From contig JANNXA010000037.1 in the NCBI GenBank assembly GCA_031409275.1, positions 46,290 through 110,289 on the forward strand: 64,000 nucleotides of DNA, in the 5' to 3' direction. Positions 1 through 9,150 of the stretch are shown piece by piece. The notes beneath the pieces are model-generated. The model saw nothing but the letters and a program-made list of their open reading frames with translations, was not told where the DNA came from and did no database searches. Position 1 is the stretch's first letter, and each line of letters begins with the position of its first letter. Made by a program: the position numbers and the translations under genes. The DNA comes from Planctomycetota bacterium. Lineage in GTDB: Bacteria; Planctomycetota; B15-G4; SIAN01.

Positions 1-45
1 ACCGTGATCGCGATCAACTCGCGCGTACCGTGGGGGGTGATCGGA

Positions 46-759
46 ATGAGCACAGTTTCAGCTTCTCTAGGCCTGATGGGACTGGCGTGGGGCCGAGCAC
101 CGGCGCGCCGGAACGGCGCAGATGTGCAGCCGGAGCGGGACCCGTCGACGTCCGCGACGACGGCCGAGCATCCTACCCGCGCCGACCGCCGCCGCGCTTG
201 GAGCGCGCTCGGCGACTCCGAGCTGATGGCCCACTGCCAGAACCGCGCCGAGGAAGCGCTCGAAGTCCTCCACGAACGCCATTCGCCCGGGTTGCTGCGA
301 TTCCTGGAGCGGATGCTGCGTGACCGCGCTCGGGCGGAAGACGTCTGCCAGGAAGCGTTCGTGAAAATCTGGCGACGCGCCGAACTCTTCGACCCCGCGC
401 GCGGGACGTTCAGCGCGTGGCTCTATCGAGCGGCCGCCAATCTCGCCTACAACCGCCTCGCGCTGCGGTCCTCGAGCGAGAGCGAGCTCTCCGCACTTCA
501 GGTCCTCCCTCCCGCGAAGGGGCAGAGCCCGATCGACGCCGCGGCCCTCGACGAGCGTCACCGCCTCCTCCACGCGGCGCTCGGTGAACTCACGGAGCGC
601 GACCGGGCCATCCTGGTGTTGCGCCATATCGAAGAGCGCCCGGTGGCCGAGATCGCGGCCATCCTCGACATCCCCGAGGGCACCGTGAAGTCGCGCTGCC
701 ACTACGCGATGCACCGGTTGCGCGCCGCGCTGCCGGAAGCTCTCGCGGAAACGCATTGA
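46..759 (+). CDS. ECF-family RNA polymerase sigma-70 factor
   Basis: Region 2 (AEDVCQEAFVKIWRRA...FSAWLYRAAAN) and region 4 (EIAAILDIPEGTVKSRCHYA) motifs. Start uncertain (GTG 4, ATG 46 or ATG 76). Confidence 0.93.
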   Translation: MSTVSASLGLMGLAWGRAPARRNGADVQPERDPSTSATTAEHPTRADRRRAWSALGDSELMAHCQNRAEEALEVLHERHSPGLLRFLERMLRDRARAEDVCQEAFVKIWRRAELFDPARGTFSAWLYRAAANLAYNRLALRSSSESELSALQVLPPAKGQSPIDAAALDERHRLLHAALGELTERDRAILVLRHIEERPVAEIAAILDIPEGTVKSRCHYAMHRLRAALPEALAETH

Positions 760-792
760 TCCGCGGGAGTCGTTGGCCGGGTAGGTGGCGCG

Positions 793-1356
793 ATGTCCTC
801 CCTCCCTCCCGATTCCGACGACCGTGATCCCCATTGTGACCGGGTTGCGGCGGCGTGGAGCGAACTGCTCCTCGCCGCCGCTGACGTTGATCGCGACCCG
901 CAGCGCCTCGACCCGCTGCTCCGCCACCTCGCCGACTGTCGCCGTTGCCGCGACGAGCACGCGGCGTTCGCGGAACTGATCGGCGACCTGAAGACGCTGC
1001 CGTCCCCGCCCACCGATCCCCGCCGCCTGGAGGCCCTGCGTGCGGCGCTTTCGTCGGAGCCCTCCCGACGGGAGGCGCGAGTGCGGCTCGCCGAGCCGGT
1101 CTCGAGCCGCCACGACGTGGCGCCGATCGAGTGGGCCGCATTGGCCACCGTCGCGCTGGTCCTTGCCGGCGGCCTGCTCCGCTACAGTCCCGCGGTCGCG
1201 CGCTGCTTCGCGACGGCACCGTCGAACAGCGAGTGGCTGTTGCCGATGCTCTTCCTCGGGTTCGGGTCCGTGCTTTCGTTGATCGCCCTTCCGTTGTTGC
1301 GAACGCCGCTCCTCCACGCGGCCGCGGTCGATGGCCTGCCGCCGAGTTCGACGTGA
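793..1356 (+). CDS. Membrane-anchored zinc-binding anti-sigma factor (zf-HC2/ZAS type)
   Basis: HxxxCxxC motif (HLADCRRC), two C-terminal hydrophobic helices, immediately downstream of the ECF sigma. Confidence 0.8.
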   Translation: MSSLPPDSDDRDPHCDRVAAAWSELLLAAADVDRDPQRLDPLLRHLADCRRCRDEHAAFAELIGDLKTLPSPPTDPRRLEALRAALSSEPSRREARVRLAEPVSSRHDVAPIEWAALATVALVLAGGLLRYSPAVARCFATAPSNSEWLLPMLFLGFGSVLSLIALPLLRTPLLHAAAVDGLPPSST

Positions 1357-1853
1357 ACCCGCGCGCTTCGCTCGAGAACTCCCGTTTGATCGATTCGCTT
1401 CGACACTTCCTGATGCAGCGCCTTGGACGTCGCGGCACGATCGCGCTCGGCGTCGGGGTCGTCGCGCTCTTTGCGATCGCCGGGGGCCCGCTGCTGCTCG
1501 CGGGCGTCGGTAGCTCGGTCGCGGCGGTCCTTTTCTTCGCAGCGATCCTGCTCGGTCCAGCGGCCTGGGTGCTGTGGGACGCCCGTTCTCGGAGCATCGC
1601 CCGCCCGTTCATCTGGGCCCTGTTCGCTCTGTTCGGCCACGTCGTCGGCGCGCTCGTCTACCTCCTCGTCCGCGACGCCCAGCCGCAAGAAGCGGCCTGC
1701 GCGAGCTGCCAGCGCGCCGTGCGGGTCGGACTCGCCACCTGTCCCTGGTGCGGCACGGCCCGCGCAACGAGCCGCAGCGGCTGCCACCATTGCGGCAGCG
1801 AACTCGAGTCGGGCTGGCGCTTCTGTCCGTACTGCCGAATCGCAGTCGACTGA
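1353..1853 (+). CDS. Membrane protein with C-terminal double zinc ribbon
   Basis: GTG start overlaps the upstream TGA (GTGA). About three TM segments, then four CxxC motifs (CASC, CPWC, CHHC, CPYC). Confidence 0.8.
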   Translation: MNPRASLENSRLIDSLRHFLMQRLGRRGTIALGVGVVALFAIAGGPLLLAGVGSSVAAVLFFAAILLGPAAWVLWDARSRSIARPFIWALFALFGHVVGALVYLLVRDAQPQEAACASCQRAVRVGLATCPWCGTARATSRSGCHHCGSELESGWRFCPYCRIAVD

Positions 1854-1932
1854 GTGCGCTCGCGGTCAAGGGTCGCGCGGAGGGGGTCTCGATGCTCCAA
1901 TGGGCGCCCTCGGGTTCCCTCGGAGTGCGCTC

Positions 1933-3117
1933 ATGATCGCTGCTTCGCTCCTCGCCGCCACGCTCATCGGTTCCTGCGCATTCGCGCGGCAGCAAGGGGA
2001 CGCCTCCCCGCGACCGTTCGCCGAGCAGCTCTCGGCCGCGACGACCCGCTTTCAGCAGGCGCTCGCGAGTCACCCCGAGGCACGCGAGAAGCTCGTGTCC
2101 GCCTATGCCGAGCAGTTGCTGGCGCTGGCGGCGAGTGCCCCGGCGACGCAGCAGGGCCTCGAGGCGTGCGTGAGCGTGCTGATGCTCGAGCCGGGCCAGC
2201 CGATGGCGGCTCGCGCCATCGAAGCGATCGTCCACAGCGGCGCAGAACCGAAGCTGCTGGTGGCGCTGGCGCAGTCGTTGATGCGCGGGGCTGCGAGCTT
2301 CTCTCACGAAGCTCTGCTCGACGCGTTGGTGACGACGGTCGATCAGCGTGAGGTGCAGGGGTACGCGGCCTACGCGCTCGGCCACCTGCGGCTCGACTTC
2401 GCTGACGATGTCGCCTACTTCACCGACGCGCGCGTCGCCGAGTCGGCTCGTTCCGCCTACGCGCAGAAGCGCGGCGCGGCGCTGCTTGCCGCGAACGTCG
2501 CGCGCGGAGTTCCAGCTCTACGCGAGGCCGGACTCGCGTCGCTGCGGCGCGTCGTCGACGACTTCTACTTCGCGGAACACCGCAAGGCGGGCTACTTGGG
2601 CGCCGTCGCCGACGCCGAGCTCTTCGAGTTCGAACATCTGCAGGTCGGCATGGTGGCTCCCGAGATCGACGGCGCGGACGAGGACGGCGTGCCGTTCAAG
2701 CTTTCCGACTACCGCGGGAAGGTGGTCGCGCTCGACTTCTGGGGCTTCTGGTGCCCGATCTGCCGCCACAACCTTTCGGGCGAGCGGTTGATGGTCGATC
2801 GCTTGAAGGACGCGCCCTTCGCGCTGGTCGGCATCAACAGCGATCCGAAGACGCAGCTCGAAGTCGAACTCAAGCATGACCGCCTCTCGTGGCGATCCTT
2901 CTTCGACGGCGGCGATGCCTACGGACCGATTGCGACGCGCTGGAACGTCTCGACGTGGCCGACCATGTTTGTGCTCGACGAGGCGGGCGTGATCCAGCTC
3001 AAGTCCGAGGACCTCGACGAGGTCGAGAGGATGGTCGACACGTTGCTTGCGCGCAGCACGTCGAAGCCCGCGGCGGGCGGGGCCGGCGCTCCTGCCGTCT
3101 CGGCGGCGGGCCGCTGA
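1933..3117 (+). CDS. TlpA/ResA-like thioredoxin-fold redoxin, probable lipoprotein
   Basis: APEIDGADEDGVPFKLSDYRGKVVALDFWGFWCPIC and WPTMFVLD (cis-Pro loop); lipobox-like LIGSC. Start at 1900 or 1933. Confidence 0.85.
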   Translation: MIAASLLAATLIGSCAFARQQGDASPRPFAEQLSAATTRFQQALASHPEAREKLVSAYAEQLLALAASAPATQQGLEACVSVLMLEPGQPMAARAIEAIVHSGAEPKLLVALAQSLMRGAASFSHEALLDALVTTVDQREVQGYAAYALGHLRLDFADDVAYFTDARVAESARSAYAQKRGAALLAANVARGVPALREAGLASLRRVVDDFYFAEHRKAGYLGAVADAELFEFEHLQVGMVAPEIDGADEDGVPFKLSDYRGKVVALDFWGFWCPICRHNLSGERLMVDRLKDAPFALVGINSDPKTQLEVELKHDRLSWRSFFDGGDAYGPIATRWNVSTWPTMFVLDEAGVIQLKSEDLDEVERMVDTLLARSTSKPAAGGAGAPAVSAAGR

Positions 3118-3160
3118 ATCGAGTTCGTCGACCCACACGCCGCTGCCAAGGGCTGATCCC

Positions 3161-4327
3161 GTGAGAACGTCGAAGTCGATCTCGGTCGTGGCCTGCGTGC
3201 CGCTCTTGTTTGCGATCGCTCGCGGCATGAATCAGGAAGCGCCCGTCGCGCCCGCGACGCCGGCGAGCGCGCCGGTCGCTGCGGACGACGCGGCGGCGAG
3301 GCGCGCGCAGCGACTGGCAGGCGACCGCGCTCGCTGCGAGGCGCAGATCGAGGCCATGGCGCGCTTCGGCCAGGTCGAAGGCTACAGCGCCGCGATCCGT
3401 CGATTGCTCGGCACGGTGACCGAGCGTTTCGCCGACGTCGGCGATGGCGTCTTCACCGACATCGCGCTCAAGAACTGGCTGGACTGGAACGAGAGCCGCC
3501 CCGGTGGCCCGGTACTGCCGGTCCTCGATCGCGACAACGCCACCCACCCGTTCACCGCGATCGTCGACCTGAACCGACAACTGCGAGGTCAGGGCATCGA
3601 CTTCCTGCTGGTGGCCTTCCCGACGCGTCCTTCGCTCTATCCCGAACTGGCGATGGAGATGGCGACCATGGAGGGCTTTGCCGGCTTCTGCCCGGCGACG
3701 CCCCATTTCGCGAGGGCGCTGATCGACGAAGGGGTCGAAGTCCTCGATCTCACGCAGGAGTTCGTCGCGCAGCGCTACGGCGCCGGCGCGGATCGGCACG
3801 ACCAGCTCTTCCTGCGTTACAACCAGCACTGGACCCCACGCGGCGCCGAGCTCGCCGCGGGCCTGGTCGCGGAACGACTCCGGCAGTACCCGTGGTTCAC
3901 GCCTGGCCCGGCACGAGAGGGCGTCGACTGGATCGCCACGCAGAAGGACGTCGACGTCAAGATCCAATGGGGCGGCACTCCGGAAGGCGCCAAGCCGGAG
4001 CGGCTCCATTGCACGCAGGTCACGAAACCGAAGGGCCCGCGTCTCGACTCGGTGCGGCCGTCGAGTCCGATCACGCTGCTCTCGGGGAGCTTCGCGGACT
4101 TCCACAACTCTTCGGATTGCGACTTCACGGCGCAGCTCTACCGCTTCAGCGGCTGGTCGATCGACAAGATCAATCCGAAGGGCGGCGTCGAAGACGCCTG
4201 CCGCGAAGCGTTGGCGAAGAAGTCGGCGGCCGAATGGAAGAAGAAGAAGATCGTGGTGTGGATGCTGCCCGAGTCGGCATTCCGCGTCGGTCCGGTGTGG
4301 CGTCGAATCGCCGTCGTCGGGGAGTGA
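3161..4327 (+). CDS. AlgX/AlgJ-like SGNH-fold O-acetyltransferase-related exported protein (paralogue 1)
   Basis: GIDFLLVAFPTRPSLYPE, NQHWTPRGAELAA and LLSGSF motifs; N-terminal hydrophobic segment. Confidence 0.7.
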   Translation: MRTSKSISVVACVPLLFAIARGMNQEAPVAPATPASAPVAADDAAARRAQRLAGDRARCEAQIEAMARFGQVEGYSAAIRRLLGTVTERFADVGDGVFTDIALKNWLDWNESRPGGPVLPVLDRDNATHPFTAIVDLNRQLRGQGIDFLLVAFPTRPSLYPELAMEMATMEGFAGFCPATPHFARALIDEGVEVLDLTQEFVAQRYGAGADRHDQLFLRYNQHWTPRGAELAAGLVAERLRQYPWFTPGPAREGVDWIATQKDVDVKIQWGGTPEGAKPERLHCTQVTKPKGPRLDSVRPSSPITLLSGSFADFHNSSDCDFTAQLYRFSGWSIDKINPKGGVEDACREALAKKSAAEWKKKKIVVWMLPESAFRVGPVWRRIAVVGE

Positions 4328-4331
4328 GCTG

Positions 4332-5504
4332 GTGAGCGCGCGTTCTCGACTCGGAGCCGGGATCGTCGTTGCATGCGCCTCCGCCGCGATCGTCGCGCAG
4401 ACGGTCCCGCCCGCGCCGACGTCGACGGTCGTGCCGCGCACGGAACGCCTCTCGATGCAGCGCGCGGCGCTCGAGGAGTCGTTGGCGCGCGTCGTCGCCT
4501 TCGGTCATCGCGACGAGTTCGCCGCCGGGTTGCGGGCCTTGCAGGCGCGCAAGCCGGAGGCGGGCCCTGCCGACGCCGAACCCTCCAAAGAGGGCGATGA
4601 ATGGCGTCTGGTGGCGCGTGGCTGGCTGCCGCGCATGGCCATCGACCACTGGCTCGAGTGGCATCTGCCGGCGCCTGGCCAGACCGACGCGCGCGCCGTC
4701 GATTTCTCGCTTTCAGGTCATCCGTTCCAGGTGATCGTCGATGTCGAGCGGCAGTTGCGCGCGCACGAGATCGAGTTCGTCCTCGTCCTCTTTCCGAGCC
4801 GTCTCCAGCTCTATCCGGAGCTCGTCGACGCGTCGCTTGCGCCGCCCGCCGACCCCGCTTTCGGTGGCATGGTCGGCGCCACCACCGAGTTCCTGCTCGC
4901 GTTGAATGGAGCCGGAGTCGAGACGCTCGACCTCGCGCCGGCGTTCGCGTCGGCGCGCGCCGACGGCGGTCCCGAGGTCGGCGAGATCTACCTGCAGCGC
5001 AACAAGCACTGGACGCCACGCGCGGCCGAGCTCGCCGCCAGCCTCGTGGCGCAGCGCCTGCAGACGCAGTCGTGGTACGCGCCGGGGTCGGCGTCCGAGG
5101 GCAAGGCGTTCCAGACGCTGCGCCGGGTCGTCGACATCGGCGGCGCCGCCGGCGGTCAAGCGCCCGACACGACGCCCGAGAAGCTGGCGTTGAACCAGGT
5201 GCGTCAGCTCGGCGCGCGCGTCAATCCCGCCGACGTGCGGCGCAGCCCGATCGTCCTGCTCGGCGACAGCTTCGCGAAGTTCTATGCCGATCTCGGCGGC
5301 GGCTTTGCCGACCAGTTGCGTCGCTTCACGGGTCACCCGATCGACGCGCTCACGCCGATGGGGGGCGGTGAACTGCAGTGCCGCCAGCAACTCGCCCGTC
5401 GCGGCGACGGCCTGCGCGGCAAGAAGGTCGTCGTCTGGTTGCTGCAGGAAGACAACCTGCTGCCGAGCGCGCAGTGGAAGACGGTCGACCTGTTCGAGGA
5501 GTGA
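4332..5504 (+). CDS. AlgX/AlgJ-like SGNH-fold protein (paralogue 2)
   Basis: FVLVLFPSRLQLYPE, NKHWTPRAAELAA, IVLLGDSF and KKVVVW; signal peptide; clear paralogy to the upstream gene. Confidence 0.72.
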   Translation: MSARSRLGAGIVVACASAAIVAQTVPPAPTSTVVPRTERLSMQRAALEESLARVVAFGHRDEFAAGLRALQARKPEAGPADAEPSKEGDEWRLVARGWLPRMAIDHWLEWHLPAPGQTDARAVDFSLSGHPFQVIVDVERQLRAHEIEFVLVLFPSRLQLYPELVDASLAPPADPAFGGMVGATTEFLLALNGAGVETLDLAPAFASARADGGPEVGEIYLQRNKHWTPRAAELAASLVAQRLQTQSWYAPGSASEGKAFQTLRRVVDIGGAAGGQAPDTTPEKLALNQVRQLGARVNPADVRRSPIVLLGDSFAKFYADLGGGFADQLRRFTGHPIDALTPMGGGELQCRQQLARRGDGLRGKKVVVWLLQEDNLLPSAQWKTVDLFEE

Positions 5505-5531
5505 GCCGCGGCCCCGCGCGCGGCGCGCCGC

Positions 5532-6251
5532 TCACCGCAGCAGGAAGCTCAGATCGGCACCGATCGCGTGTTCGGTCGGCGGTTCGCCGCGGCGGAATAG
5601 GCGCACGCTGCCGAACCCTCGCAGCGCCATGCGATCGCCATCGACCTCGAGCCAGCCGCCCTCGCGGAGGCCGACGACCGGCGCGTCGTTCATCTCGTGG
5701 AACTCGCGGATCCGCGTCTCACGCGTCTCGCCCATGTGCTTGCTCGACGGATCGGGATCGAGGTAGTGGGGGTTCAAGTTGAAGGGGACCAGGGCGAGCG
5801 CGTCGAAGCTCGGCGGCTGGACGATCGGCATGTCGTTGGTGGTCTTGAGCGACAGGCAGGCGACGTTGCTGCCGGCCGACGCGCCGAGGTAGGGCATGCC
5901 CGCCGCGACGCGTGCGCGGATCGGGGCGAGGAGCTGCTGCCGCTGCAGCGCATCGAGCAGGCGGAACGTATTGCCGCCGCCGATGAACATCGATTCGGCC
6001 GCCGCCACCGCGGCGACCGGATCCGCCGCCTCATGCAGCGAATCGACGCGGACGCCGACCTTCGCGAAGCGCTCGCGCGCCTTCGCGGCGTAGGCGCCCC
6101 GATCGTGGAGCGCGTAGGGGACGAAGAGCAGCGACCTCGCGCCGCGCAGATGGCGCTCGATCGCGTCGATGGCGTGGTCGAGATAGCCACGCTCGGGCTG
6201 CGTCGAGTTGGAGAGGAGCATCACGCGACGAAGCGGGGCAACAGGCGTCAT
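5532..6251 (-). CDS. pepE: Dipeptidase E (peptidase S51)
   Basis: LLSNST, FVPYA, IGGGNTFRLL, GASAGSNVA, TTNDMPIV, NPHY, HMGETRETRIREF and GLREG signatures. Confidence 0.95.
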   Translation of the reverse strand: MTPVAPLRRVMLLSNSTQPERGYLDHAIDAIERHLRGARSLLFVPYALHDRGAYAAKARERFAKVGVRVDSLHEAADPVAAVAAAESMFIGGGNTFRLLDALQRQQLLAPIRARVAAGMPYLGASAGSNVACLSLKTTNDMPIVQPPSFDALALVPFNLNPHYLDPDPSSKHMGETRETRIREFHEMNDAPVVGLREGGWLEVDGDRMALRGFGSVRLFRRGEPPTEHAIGADLSFLLR

Positions 6252-6336
6252 CGGAACGGTCTCGCGAAGGGGCCTTCGAGCGGGAAGGAGCCTAACGCGG
6301 AGCGCGGAGCGCCGCTCGCTGCTAGCTTCCTGCGCC

Positions 6337-7740
6337 ATGCCTCGCAGTCGCGTCGCCCTCTGTCTGCTCGCCTATCTCGCGCTGCGCCTCTGGCTGGCGA
6401 CGACGCCCGGGTACCCGCCCGATGTCGGGCAGTTCAAGTTGTGGGCGCTGCAGTCGCAGCAGGATGGGCTCGCCTCGCTCTATGCGGGCGGCGCGGACCA
6501 CGACTTCTCGCGCTACGACTACCCGCCGCTCTACGCCTACGTGCTGCGCACGATCGGCTGGATCTACTCGTGGTTCGAGCCCGACGCGCTGCGCCGCGCC
6601 GCCGACTCGACGCTGCTCACCGTCTTGGTCAAGTTGCCGGCTCTGCTCGCTGACCTGGCGATCGCCTTGCTGCTCGCCTGGATCGTGCGAGCCACGGCAC
6701 GAGCGCCGTCGGCGCGCCGCGTTGCGCTGCCGATCGTGGCAGCGTGGCTGCTGAACCCCGCGGTGCTGCTCGACAGCGGCCACTGGGGGCAGCCCGATTC
6801 GATCCACAGCGGATTCGTGCTGGCCGCGTTCGCTTGCGTCGGCGGCGTGCTCGGTCCATCGCGCGGCTCCTTCGCCAGCATCGTCGGCGGTTGGTGCCTG
6901 CTCGCGCTGGCGACGCTCATGAAGCCGCTCGGCGCTCCGTTCTTTCCGCTGCTGCTTGCCGCGTCGCTGCTGGTCGGCGGTCTGAGACGGACGCTGGCCG
7001 GCGGGCTCGCGGCGCTGGCGACCGCTGCACTCCTGTTCGCGCCGTTCGTTGCGACGTTCGGCGTGCGCGAGGTCGCGGAGCGCATCCTCGGCGACGTCAC
7101 GATCATGTCGTTCACGTCGGTCAACGCTCACAACGTCTGGTGGCTGGTCGGTCCCTGGCAGCCGAGCGAGCGGCCGTGGCTAGGCACGGTGACCGCGACC
7201 GAGGTCGGCCTCGCGCTCTTCCTCTGCGCGTTGGCGGCGCTGATCGTGCTGCTGGTGCGACGCCATCGAGCGCGTCGCGCAGGCATCCATGGCGCGCAGT
7301 TGCTCTGCATCGCTGCGTTGCTCGCGGCCGCGTTCTTCCTGCTGTCGACCCACATGCACGAGAACCACCTCTTCGCCGCGCTGCCGCTGCTGCTGGGCGC
7401 GCTGGCGGCGGCGCCGCCGGGCAATGGCGCACGCCGATCGGTGCGCTGGATCGCGGCGCTGCTCGCGTTCGGGATCGCTTGGAACCTCGCGGCGCACGAC
7501 TTCGTGTGGCGCCACCGGTGGCCCTTCTCGATCGGGCCGATCGAAGGAGAACTGCCCGCGGGCTCGGATGGCGCGATGCACGGCGGTGAGCGGCTCGCCG
7601 GGACGCTTGGCGCCTGGTGGAACCTGCTCGCGGGCGTGGCGCTGACCGCATTCGTCTTCGGCGCCGGCCTGATGAGGCTGGCGTGGAGCAGCGCGCGGCC
7701 CGGCGTCGAGGCGAACGACTCGGCCGACTTCGCCGACTGA
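6337..7740 (+). CDS. GT-C fold integral membrane glycosyltransferase (Alg6/GT87-like)
   Basis: Multiple TM helices; GYPPD..F..W, DYPPLYAY, NPAVLLDSGHWGQPDS, LMKP and MHEN motifs. Confidence 0.75.
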   Translation: MPRSRVALCLLAYLALRLWLATTPGYPPDVGQFKLWALQSQQDGLASLYAGGADHDFSRYDYPPLYAYVLRTIGWIYSWFEPDALRRAADSTLLTVLVKLPALLADLAIALLLAWIVRATARAPSARRVALPIVAAWLLNPAVLLDSGHWGQPDSIHSGFVLAAFACVGGVLGPSRGSFASIVGGWCLLALATLMKPLGAPFFPLLLAASLLVGGLRRTLAGGLAALATAALLFAPFVATFGVREVAERILGDVTIMSFTSVNAHNVWWLVGPWQPSERPWLGTVTATEVGLALFLCALAALIVLLVRRHRARRAGIHGAQLLCIAALLAAAFFLLSTHMHENHLFAALPLLLGALAAAPPGNGARRSVRWIAALLAFGIAWNLAAHDFVWRHRWPFSIGPIEGELPAGSDGAMHGGERLAGTLGAWWNLLAGVALTAFVFGAGLMRLAWSSARPGVEANDSADFAD

Positions 7741-7848
7741 ACAGGATCGCGCGACCGGGGTCGAATCCGGGAGCTGTCGGTCCGCGTCACCGAGCCATCG
7801 ACCGCCTCAGCAGGCGCGGTCGATGGCATCGGGTCGCGACCGGCGCGC

Positions 7849-9150
7849 TCAGCTGAACTTGGTCACGCCCGGAATCGCGACGACGGGCGCCGGTGGGACG
7901 GTGTCGAGCGTCAGCGTCGCGAGGTCGGGGCCGAGCTGTTCCTGGCTGTTGAGCGCGGCCTCGTAGGTGACTTCGCTGCCGGTGTAGGCGGCCATGCGGC
8001 CCATGATCGCCATCAGCGTCGAATCGCACATGTACTGGCCGTTGTTGATGATCTCGCCCTTGCGCAGCTTGGCGAACAACACGTCGTGCTCGTTCTGGTA
8101 CATGTCGTCGGGCGTGCCGTCGTCGCGCCAGCGCCAGGCGTTCTCGCCCCAGATCTGGTGGCCCTGGATGTTCGCCTTGCCCTTGCTGCCGAAGAGGTAG
8201 TCGGAGACGTCGGTCGACGGCGCGCCGGCCCACTGGCGGCACGAGCTGAACAGACGCAGACCGCTCTTCCACTCGAAGACGGTGTTGAAGTGGTCGTAGA
8301 CGTCGCCGTACTTCGGGTCGATGCGATTGGCGCGCCCGCCGCTGGCGACGCACTTCACCGGGTATTCGTCCTTCATCGCCCACGCGATCTTGTCGAGGCT
8401 GTGGATGTGCTGCTCGGCGAGGTGGTCGGCCGACAGCCAGGTGAAATAGAGCCAGTTGCGCAGCTGGTACTCCATCTCCGTCCAGTTCGGCTGGCGGCCG
8501 CGATGCCACAGTCCACCCGTGTTGTAGGTGCACTGCATCGCATGGATTTCGCCGAGCGCGCCGTCCTGGATGCGGGCGATCGTCTGCTGCTTCTTCTTCT
8601 CGTAGCGGTAGCACAACCCGCTGACGAGCATCAGGTTCTTCGCCTTCGCCATGCGGCACGATTCGAGGACCGATCGCAGTCCCGGTCCGTCGACGGCGAC
8701 CGGCTTCTCGACGAAGGTGTGTTTGCCCGCCTCGATGCACGCGCGCAGGTGCAACGGCCGGAACGCCGGCGTCGTGCAGAGCAGCACGACGTCGCAGGCG
8801 GCGATGACGCTCTTGTAGGCATCGAGGCCGACGAAGACGTGGTCGGGCGCGACCTTCACTTGCGAGCCCTGCTCGCTCGCTTGCAGCGACTTCAACGCGT
8901 TCTCGGCGTGGTCGCGAAAGACGTCGCCGATCGCGACGAGCTCGACGTTGGGATCGGCCGCCAGCGCGTTGGCCGCGGCGCCGGAGCCGCGACCACCGCA
9001 GCCAAGCAGGCCGACCTTGATGGTGCTGCTGCCTTGCGAATGGACCGCGAAGCCTGGCCACGAGCCGGCGACCGGCGCGAGCGCGAGACCGCCGAGCGCG
9101 GCTCCCGACGTCTTCAGGAAGTCACGGCGGGTCGGCGAATGGGTCGACAT
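7849..9150 (-). CDS. Tat-exported Gfo/Idh/MocA-family oxidoreductase
   Basis: TRRDFLK Tat signal; GCGGRGSGA Rossmann motif; EKPVAVD; RNWLYFTWLS and EQHIHSLD. Confidence 0.93.
   Translation of the reverse strand: MSTHSPTRRDFLKTSGAALGGLALAPVAGSWPGFAVHSQGSSTIKVGLLGCGGRGSGAAANALAADPNVELVAIGDVFRDHAENALKSLQASEQGSQVKVAPDHVFVGLDAYKSVIAACDVVLLCTTPAFRPLHLRACIEAGKHTFVEKPVAVDGPGLRSVLESCRMAKAKNLMLVSGLCYRYEKKKQQTIARIQDGALGEIHAMQCTYNTGGLWHRGRQPNWTEMEYQLRNWLYFTWLSADHLAEQHIHSLDKIAWAMKDEYPVKCVASGGRANRIDPKYGDVYDHFNTVFEWKSGLRLFSSCRQWAGAPSTDVSDYLFGSKGKANIQGHQIWGENAWRWRDDGTPDDMYQNEHDVLFAKLRKGEIINNGQYMCDSTLMAIMGRMAAYTGSEVTYEAALNSQEQLGPDLATLTLDTVPPAPVVAIPGVTKFS

Noticed and set aside
2749..2763. Selenocysteine in the TlpA-like CxxC
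   Set aside because: Both cysteines are TGC codons (WCPIC); there is no in-frame TGA.
5532..6251. pepE as part of the cyanophycin system
   Set aside because: It shares the S51 family with CphB but lies about 19 kb away and has ordinary PepE signatures.
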